A DNA stretch of 64,000 nt from positions 66,470-130,469 of the forward strand of contig CAUHSG010000003.1 of assembly GCA_959608885.1 (NCBI GenBank), read 5' to 3'. Positions 57,699-64,000 of the stretch are shown piece by piece. The position numbers and the translations under genes were made by a program. The notes under the pieces are model-generated. The model had not been told where the DNA came from. It saw nothing but the letters and a program-made list of their open reading frames with translations, and ran no database searches. This DNA is from an uncultured Coriobacteriia bacterium (GTDB lineage: Bacteria; Actinomycetota; Coriobacteriia; Coriobacteriales; QAMH01). Every line of letters starts with the position of its first letter. Within the stretch, counting starts at the first letter, position 1.

Positions 57699-58802
57699 AT
57701 GGCAGACAATCACGCACAGGAACTTGCGGCTCTGCGCGAGCGCATCGAGAAGATGGGCTCGTATCTGCACATCGACGACAAGCGTGCGCAGCTTGCCGAT
57801 CTCGAAGCCCAGTCGACGCAGGCGGGATTCTGGGACGACCAGGAGCACGCGCAAGGCATCATGAGCAAGGCCGCTGCCCTGCGTGACGAAATCGCCGAGT
57901 ACGATAATGCCGTCTCGCTTCTCGAGGATGCCGAGACGGCCAACGAACTCGCGATAGAGGGCGATGACGAGCTCGAAATTGAGGTCATCGATTCGATACA
58001 TACGCTCACGACAAATGCCGACGCGCTCGAGCTTTCCTCGTGGTTCGATGACGAGCTTGATTCGGGCGATTGCATCGTGACGATCAACCCCGGCCAAGGC
58101 GGGCTCGAGGCCCAGGACTGGACCGAGATGCTCTTCCGCATGTACACGCGCTATGCAGAGCGCAAGAACTGGAAGGTCACCGTCAACGACGCTCCTGCCG
58201 GCGAGGCCATCGGTCTTGACCGCGCGACCTTCACGGTGAGCGGTCATAACGCCTACGGCATGCTCAAGAGCGAGCAGGGCGTGCACCGCCTCGTGCGCAT
58301 CAGTCCCACCGATGCCAAGAAACGCCGTCAGACCACCTTCGGTGGTGTCGAGGTCCTGCCCGTTTTGCCCGATGACATCGAGGTCGAAATCGACGAGGGC
58401 GACCTGCGCATCGACGTCTACCACTCTTCGGGTCACGGCGGCCAGGGCGTCAACACCACCGACTCTGCCGTGCGCATCACGCACCTGCCCACGGGCATTG
58501 TCGTCACCTGCCAAAACGAGCGGTCACAGCTCCAGAACAAGGCGACGGCCATGGGCATCCTGCGTTCCAAGCTCTACGAGCTCGAACAGGAGAAACGCGC
58601 CAACGAGCTCGACGAGCTGCGCGGTCCCAAGCACGAGATCTCCTTTGGCAATCAGATTCGCAACTACGTGCTCTATCCCTACCAGATGGTGAAGGACCTG
58701 CGCAGTGGTGTCGAGACGGGCAATGTCGACGCCGTATTCGATGGCGATATCGACGAGTTCGTCGTGGGCTACCATCAGTGGCGCGTCAGCGAAGCGGGCT
58801 AA
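57699..58802 (+). CDS. prfB: Peptide chain release factor 2 (uninterrupted ORF; SPT instead of SPF)
   Basis: 367 aa in one frame. GGQ motif SSGHGGQGVNTTDSAVR. Tripeptide position reads RISPTD (58302-58310). Overall similarity to actinobacterial RF2 from memory. Confidence 0.92.
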   Translation: MADNHAQELAALRERIEKMGSYLHIDDKRAQLADLEAQSTQAGFWDDQEHAQGIMSKAAALRDEIAEYDNAVSLLEDAETANELAIEGDDELEIEVIDSIHTLTTNADALELSSWFDDELDSGDCIVTINPGQGGLEAQDWTEMLFRMYTRYAERKNWKVTVNDAPAGEAIGLDRATFTVSGHNAYGMLKSEQGVHRLVRISPTDAKKRRQTTFGGVEVLPVLPDDIEVEIDEGDLRIDVYHSSGHGGQGVNTTDSAVRITHLPTGIVVTCQNERSQLQNKATAMGILRSKLYELEQEKRANELDELRGPKHEISFGNQIRNYVLYPYQMVKDLRSGVETGNVDAVFDGDIDEFVVGYHQWRVSEAG

Positions 58803-58904
58803 AACATATCGCCGGTTATCCCCGATTTCTCGTCGCGTTCGCAAGCGTAGCAGGTATCATGGGCTGTGCCCCAAAAATCGGCTGCGAGAAATCGAGGTCT
58901 TCGC

Positions 58905-59750
58905 GTGATTGAGGAATCCGTAGACAAGATCGAGGCGCGTGCGAACAACATGCGCAAAAACATTATCAAGATGCTTAAAGAGGCCGGTAGTGGTCATCCT
59001 GGCGGATCGCTTTCCGCCGCGGACATCGTCGCCTCGCTCTATTTTGGCGGCGTGATGAACTATTCCGAGGATGACCCGAAGCACCCCGAGCGCGACTACT
59101 TCATTCTCTCGAAGGGCCATGCTGCGCCGGTACTCTACGCCGCGCTCGCAGAGCTTGGCTACATTCCCGATGAGGAGCTGCTCACGCTGCGCAAATTGCA
59201 TAGCCGTTTGCAGGGTCACCCCGACTCCAAGAAGCTTCCCGGCGTCGAGGTCTCGACCGGTTCGCTTGGTCAGGGCCTCTCGATTGCCGCAGGCGTCGCG
59301 CTCGGCGCGCGCATCAACCAGCAGAAGGATGGCGGCTCCATACGCCGCGTCTTCACGCTGCTCGGCGATGGCGAAATCGAGGAGGGCCAGGTTTGGGAGG
59401 CGGCCATGTTCGCCGCCCACTACAATCTTGATAACCTCATTGCCATCGTCGATAACAACAACTTGCAGATTGACGGAGACGTGCGCGATGTCGCTGGTCT
59501 TGGTGGCATCAGCTCGAAGTTCAAGTCATTTGGCTGGCAGACGATCGAAGTCGACGGTCATGACATCAAGGCCATCATCACTGCCCTCAAGACGGCGACG
59601 ATTCTCGAGGGTTCGCCCGTTTGCATCATCGCCCATACCATTAAGGGCAAGGGCGTTTCGTTCATGGAAAACCAAGCAGGCTGGCATGGCAAGGCTCCAA
59701 ACGAGGAGCAGGCCCGCGATGCGCTTGCCGAGCTTGAGGGGAGGGAGTAG
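58905..59750 (+). CDS. Transketolase, N-terminal (TPP-binding) subunit
   Basis: GSGHPGGSLS, SKGHAAP, GDGEIEEGQVWEA motifs. Start set at GTG 58905 (GAGG 7 nt upstream). The ORF is open from GTG 58866. Confidence 0.88.
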   Translation: MIEESVDKIEARANNMRKNIIKMLKEAGSGHPGGSLSAADIVASLYFGGVMNYSEDDPKHPERDYFILSKGHAAPVLYAALAELGYIPDEELLTLRKLHSRLQGHPDSKKLPGVEVSTGSLGQGLSIAAGVALGARINQQKDGGSIRRVFTLLGDGEIEEGQVWEAAMFAAHYNLDNLIAIVDNNNLQIDGDVRDVAGLGGISSKFKSFGWQTIEVDGHDIKAIITALKTATILEGSPVCIIAHTIKGKGVSFMENQAGWHGKAPNEEQARDALAELEGRE

Positions 59751-59752
59751 CC

Positions 59753-60691
59753 ATGGCACAGACCATCGCGACCCGTGAGGGCTATGGCGAAACGCTCGTC
59801 GAGCTCGTCAAGGAGGGCTACGACATCATGGCCGTCGAGGCCGATCTGTCCGGATCCACCACCACCAAGAAGCTTCAGGACCTCGACCCGGATCGCTTCG
59901 TCAACGTCGGCATTGCCGAGCAGAACATGATCGGCGTTGCCGCAGGCCTCTCGCTTGCAGGTAAGACGGTCTTCACCGGTAGCTTCGCCGCCTTCGGTAC
60001 GGGGCGCTGCTATGACCAGATTCGCAACACCGTCTGCTATGCGGACCTCGACGTCAAAGTCGCGCCTACGCATGCGGGCATCACCGTCGGCCCTGATGGC
60101 GGTAGCCATCAGATGCTCGAGGACGTGAGCCTCATGCGCGGCTTGCCCGGCATGAACGTGCTCGTTCCGGCCGACTACTGGGCGGCAAAGCAGGCCGTGC
60201 GCATTGCGGCGATTACGCCCGGTCCCTTCTACATTCGCCTGGGGCGCGCCAAGGTGCCTACCGTGTACGAAGAGGGTACCGTGCTCGAGCTTGGCAAGTC
60301 GTACGTGCTGCGCGAGGGAACGGACGTCACGCTCGTTGCGGGTGGCATCGAGGTTGCGCAGGCCCTTCTCGCCGCCGACCAGCTTGCCGCCGACGGCATC
60401 TCGGCTGAGGTCATCGACGTGTTCAGCGTCAAGCCCTTCGACAAGCCCACGTTGCTTGCGAGCATCAAGAAGACTGGTTGCGTCGTCACCTGCGAAGAGC
60501 ATTCGACAGTCGGCGGTTTGGGCTCGGCAGTTGCTGACATCATCGGCGAGAACTACCCCGTTCCGCTCGAGCGTGTCGGCGTGCGCGACATGTTCGGCAC
60601 GAGCGGCGAGCCCGATGAGCTGCTCGCGGAGTATGGTCTGGACGCCGCCGGCATCGCGCTCAAGGCTCACGCCGCCATCGCCCGCAAGTAG
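59753..60691 (+). CDS. Transketolase, C-terminal (pyrimidine-binding) subunit
   Basis: 312 aa. Starts 2 nt after the N-subunit stop. GIAEQNMIGVAAGL and PTHAGITVGPDGGSHQ motifs. Confidence 0.9.
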   Translation: MAQTIATREGYGETLVELVKEGYDIMAVEADLSGSTTTKKLQDLDPDRFVNVGIAEQNMIGVAAGLSLAGKTVFTGSFAAFGTGRCYDQIRNTVCYADLDVKVAPTHAGITVGPDGGSHQMLEDVSLMRGLPGMNVLVPADYWAAKQAVRIAAITPGPFYIRLGRAKVPTVYEEGTVLELGKSYVLREGTDVTLVAGGIEVAQALLAADQLAADGISAEVIDVFSVKPFDKPTLLASIKKTGCVVTCEEHSTVGGLGSAVADIIGENYPVPLERVGVRDMFGTSGEPDELLAEYGLDAAGIALKAHAAIARK

Positions 60692-60694
60692 CGG

Positions 60695-60727
60695 ATGAGA
60701 CAGCTTGGTCTGACCAAACTGTCTCAT
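60695..60727 (+). terminator. Hairpin downstream of the transketolase genes
   Basis: ATGAGACAG-cttggtctgaccaaa-CTGTCTCAT. The loop itself can pair (TTGGTC/GACCAA). No clear T-run. Confidence 0.45.
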
Positions 60728-60873
60728 AATCGGCAGGCGCCTGCAGAAGACGTGCCAAAGAAGTTGGCCGCATGCGTGTACGCTTTGTGATGTTCGAAAT
60801 ATCTTGTTGGGTCTTTTAGGCCAGTGGGATAGAATACTAAGCCGATTAAGCTGAATGAGATCGGAGTTGAAAC

Positions 60874-61911
60874 GTGGCACTATTCGGCAAATCGTCGCGC
60901 GGCGCCCATGCAGCGGGTGGTCGCTCGTCAAAGTCACGTGGCCAGTCGGCAAACGTGCCTCAAGCAAATGAACAGCAAGCATCTGGTGATATGCGCAGGA
61001 CCAGGCAGATGGATGCGCGCCTTCCGCGCGTTGACGGCGAGAGCAACGTCGACGTACGTCGTAATGTCGGCGGTAGCGGTGGACGCCAGCGTCAGGCAAA
61101 CCAGACGGGCCAGATGAACCCGCTATCGACCTCCAACATGCCTGCGGCCACCGAGGCCATCGGTTCCTATGCCGACCTCGCGCTCGACGAGAACGCGAAG
61201 CAAAATCTCGGTCCCGTTGTCATCTCGATGCGAAACGTCACCAAGGTGTATCCGGCGCAGCCCAATAGGCCCGCGCTCGCCAACATCACACTCGACATTC
61301 GCTCGGGCGAGTTCCTCTTCCTCGTCGGTCATTCCGGCTCGGGCAAGTCGACCTTCATCCGCATGCTCAACCGCGAGATCGTCCCCACGAATGGCGAGCT
61401 CATCGTCGCGGGCGAGAACCTGCGCACCATAAAGAGCTGGCGCATTCCGTACCTGCGTCGCAGCGTCGGCTGCGTGTTCCAGGACTTCAAGCTCCTGCCC
61501 AACAAGACGGCGTTCGAGAACGTCGCCTTCGCGCTCGAGGTAATCGGCAAGTCGCGTCATGTCATTCGCACGCAGGTGCCCGAGGTCCTGCGCCTTGTCG
61601 GTCTCGAGGAGAAGATGGACAAGCTTCCCGACCAGCTTTCCGGTGGCGAGCAGCAGCGTGTGTCGATCGCGCGTTCCATCGTCAATCGTCCGCCGATTCT
61701 CATCTGCGACGAGCCAACGGGCAACCTCGATCCCCAGACCTCCCTGGGCATCATGCGCCTGCTCGAGCGCATTAATCGCACGGGTACGACGATTCTCGTC
61801 GCCACGCACGATCGCGAAATGGTCGATCAGATGCGTCGTCGCGTGCTCGCACTCGAGAACGGCACGCTCGTCCGCGACCAGAAGAAGGGAGTGTACGGCT
61901 ACGATGTCTAA
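60874..61911 (+). CDS. ftsE: Cell division ATP-binding protein FtsE with ~115-aa basic disordered N-terminal extension
   Basis: Canonical FtsE core from about 61216 ([11 protein letters not shown]...[10 protein letters not shown]...[14 protein letters not shown]...[12 protein letters not shown]). The ORF is open from GTG 60874 (CGGAG upstream), so the start is uncertain. Confidence 0.85.
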   Translation: MALFGKSSRGAHAAGGRSSKSRGQSANVPQANEQQASGDMRRTRQMDARLPRVDGESNVDVRRNVGGSGGRQRQANQTGQMNPLSTSNMPAATEAIGSYADLALDENAKQNLGPVVISMRNVTKVYPAQPNRPALANITLDIRSGEFLFLVGHSGSGKSTFIRMLNREIVPTNGELIVAGENLRTIKSWRIPYLRRSVGCVFQDFKLLPNKTAFENVAFALEVIGKSRHVIRTQVPEVLRLVGLEEKMDKLPDQLSGGEQQRVSIARSIVNRPPILICDEPTGNLDPQTSLGIMRLLERINRTGTTILVATHDREMVDQMRRRVLALENGTLVRDQKKGVYGYDV

Positions 61912-62827
61912 GATTCTCTACTTCCTCAAAGAGTCCGTCATCAGCTCGCGCCGCAATCTCGGCACGACCATCGGCGGTATCGTCACCATCTTTCTGTCGC
62001 TTCTCATGATCGGCGTGACCATCATTATCTCGATCATGATTGGCAACCTCGCCTCGTCGTTTGAAGACGAGGTCAACGTGCGCCTCTACATTGCAGACGA
62101 GGCAACTGACGAGCAAATAGCGAGTCTCGACAGCTACCTCAAGACGCTCGAGAACGACAAGGGCAACATCGCATCGGTCGATTTCCGCAATAAGGATCAG
62201 GTACTCGAGGATTTCCAGCGTCAGACCGCGAACAATCCCGACATCGTGAATCAGCTTGATGGCAACCCGCTGCCGCGCACCTATGTCATCACGCTGCGCG
62301 ATACGCATAAGGTCCAGGACACGGTGAGCGCGATTCTCGGAAACGAGGCATTCACCGCGATTGCCGACAATCCCGATGATCCATCCGATTCCATCAAGTA
62401 CGGTCAGGGCACGGTCGAGCGTCTCTTCGCCGTCACCAACGTCATTCGCTATGCGTGCATCGTGGCGGTCGTGCTGCTCGTGTTCATCTCCCTCGTCTTC
62501 CTCAACAACACGATTCGCCTCGCAATCCTTGCCCGTAGGCGTGAGATTTCCATCATGCGACTCGTGGGCGCCACCAACGGTTTCATTCGCGGGCCGTTCG
62601 TGACAGAAGGCGCGTTGCAGGCGCTTGTGGGCGCGGTGTTCGCGATCATCGTGCTCTCGCTCGTGCGCGTGACGGTGTTCCCGGCTCTTGAGAACATGGT
62701 GAGCTTCTTGCCGCTTTCCGTCGATGCGGGCGTGTACTCGGCGATTTACCTCGTGCTCATCATTGCCGGCGTGCTCATTGGCATGTTGGGTTCGGCCATC
62801 GCAATGCGTCGTTATCTTAAGGTCTAG
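61904..62827 (+). CDS. ftsX: Cell division permease-like protein FtsX
   Basis: ORF 61559..62827 trimmed to ATG 61904, which overlaps the ftsE end by 8 nt. [20 protein letters not shown] opening, extracellular domain, three C-terminal TM helices. Confidence 0.88.
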   Translation: MSKILYFLKESVISSRRNLGTTIGGIVTIFLSLLMIGVTIIISIMIGNLASSFEDEVNVRLYIADEATDEQIASLDSYLKTLENDKGNIASVDFRNKDQVLEDFQRQTANNPDIVNQLDGNPLPRTYVITLRDTHKVQDTVSAILGNEAFTAIADNPDDPSDSIKYGQGTVERLFAVTNVIRYACIVAVVLLVFISLVFLNNTIRLAILARRREISIMRLVGATNGFIRGPFVTEGALQALVGAVFAIIVLSLVRVTVFPALENMVSFLPLSVDAGVYSAIYLVLIIAGVLIGMLGSAIAMRRYLKV

Positions 62828-62878
62828 TGTCGAAACTTGAGCTCAGGGCCACATCGAACAGCATCAGATAGGGTCGAC

Positions 62879-63352
62879 ATGGGCGCGAAGACGGACAAGA
62901 AATCACGGGGCATCAAGAAACGTAAGCCCTCGCAGCGCACGGATGCTCCCAAGGCGCAAAAGCGCAAGCGTGAGCATTCGTGGCGCATACCCGCCATTAT
63001 CGGCTGCGTCATTCTCTTCGCCATCATCGTCTTGTATCCGGTTGGACGTGACTATTACAAGACGATGCGCACGGAGCAGCGCCTCCAGGCACAGCTCGAT
63101 GCCGTGAACGAGCGCAACGAGGCGGTTCAGGCCGAAAACGATGCCCTGCAAACCGAGGAAGGCGTCGAGAATCAGGCTCGCTCCGACCTAGGCTGGGTGA
63201 GGGAAGGGGAGAGCTCGGCCGTCGTCACGAACGAACAGGGGACGGTCGATAATGCCTCGCGTCTTCCCGACCATCTCGACGAGAAGAGCATCACCGCACC
63301 GCAGACCTGGTACTACACCATTCTCGATACGATATTCTTTGTTCACGAATGA
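62879..63352 (+). CDS. Septum formation initiator (FtsB/DivIC-like) protein
   Basis: Trimmed to ATG 62879. Basic N-terminus, one TM helix, then a coiled coil (EQRLQAQLDAVNERNEAVQAENDALQTEEGVENQARSDLGWVREGE). Confidence 0.7.
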   Translation: MGAKTDKKSRGIKKRKPSQRTDAPKAQKRKREHSWRIPAIIGCVILFAIIVLYPVGRDYYKTMRTEQRLQAQLDAVNERNEAVQAENDALQTEEGVENQARSDLGWVREGESSAVVTNEQGTVDNASRLPDHLDEKSITAPQTWYYTILDTIFFVHE

Positions 63353-63386
63353 GCCCATGCAGTGATAGCATTATGAGCCTGCTCGT

Positions 63387-63472
<86 letters not shown>

Positions 63473-63544
63473 AATCGCGCTCATATGCGCTGTGCAAAGA
63501 TATACAATGTCTAACCAAGAGGAATGCACGACCAAGGGGGAACA

Positions 63545-63928
63545 ATGGCACTATTCGGAAATTCTCCGACCGCCCACAGGCTGCCGGAATACCGCGTCGC
63601 GGCACTCGCATCGCTCGATCTCGAAGAGCACATGAAGGACAACCCGCTCGTTCTTGACCGTCCCGGTCATATCGAGTGGATGGTCACCGAGGACGAGGAC
63701 GGTTACCTTACCGCTCACGGTGCCATCAGGGTTCCCGTCAACATCGTCTTCGCTCCCGCTACCGAAGAGGGGGCCGATCCGGAAATCGAGCGTGTCATCG
63801 TCAATGGCAAGCGCAAGTTCGATCGTCGTGTCGAAGAAGAGGAGCTGCACGACAAGAACTACGGCCTCGACGTCAAGAAGGCGCAAAGCGAGAGCTTCAT
63901 GCGCTATCGCAAGAACATCAAGGGCTAG
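63545..63928 (+). CDS. Hypothetical protein
   Basis: ORF trimmed to ATG 63545 behind AAGGGGGA. 127 aa, acidic/basic mix, no family recognised. Confidence 0.55.
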   Translation: MALFGNSPTAHRLPEYRVAALASLDLEEHMKDNPLVLDRPGHIEWMVTEDEDGYLTAHGAIRVPVNIVFAPATEEGADPEIERVIVNGKRKFDRRVEEEELHDKNYGLDVKKAQSESFMRYRKNIKG

Positions 63929-64000
63929 CCAGGAGATACGGCGCAAGGCGTCTTCTCGTCGTAGCGGGGGTATGCGCAACATCATGGTCAATCATATCTT

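Noticed and set aside
59558-61099. 513-aa minus-strand ORF antisense to the transketolase C-subunit and the ftsE 5' region
   Set aside because: The transketolase motifs are on the plus strand. The antisense product is low-complexity.
61559-61903. 115-codon 5' extension of the FtsX ORF
   Set aside because: It lies entirely inside ftsE in another frame. ATG 61904 gives the canonical FtsX N-terminus and an ftsE-ftsX overlap.

Overview
High-GC chromosomal window whose gene content suggests a Coriobacteriia/Eggerthellaceae-type Gram-positive anaerobe (inference only). All calls were made by eye and from remembered family signatures; nothing was searched or computed. I support about 62 protein genes, one tRNA-Leu(TAA) and one small SRP RNA. 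Housekeeping backbone: cysK, purB, purC, serS, ffs-dedA-dnaX-ybaB-recR, citrate synthase, secA-prfB, split transketolase, ftsE-ftsX-ftsB-like. Accessory blocks: (i) 0.1-14.6 kb, a nine-gene minus-strand operon. It fuses CaiA/CaiB/CaiC-like enzymes with FixA/B/C/X-like electron-transfer proteins plus a CrtI-type flavoprotein and a hotdog protein. Two LysR regulators and MFS + DASS anion transporters bracket it, and CaiD/CaiE/CaiT are absent. (ii) 26.5-32.2 kb, DUF169, LuxR regulator, C45 Ntn-hydrolase and two tandem MFS paralogues. (iii) 32.2-32.8 kb, a BrnT/BrnA-like toxin-antitoxin pair. (iv) 32.85-40.86 kb, a Tad/Flp pilus operon with two Flp-type prepilins, a ~700-aa TadG-like protein and a terminal DUF192 gene. 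(v) 50.4-54.9 kb, orphan genes plus a 916-aa regulator with an N-terminal P-loop NTPase and a C-terminal SARP-type wHTH+BTAD. Other notable points: RF2 reads SPT where SPF is expected and has no programmed frameshift, and a densely palindromic intergenic element lies at 26.2-26.5 kb. No IS element, integrase, CRISPR array or rRNA was seen. The many long antisense ORFs in the track look like high-GC shadow ORFs and were rejected.
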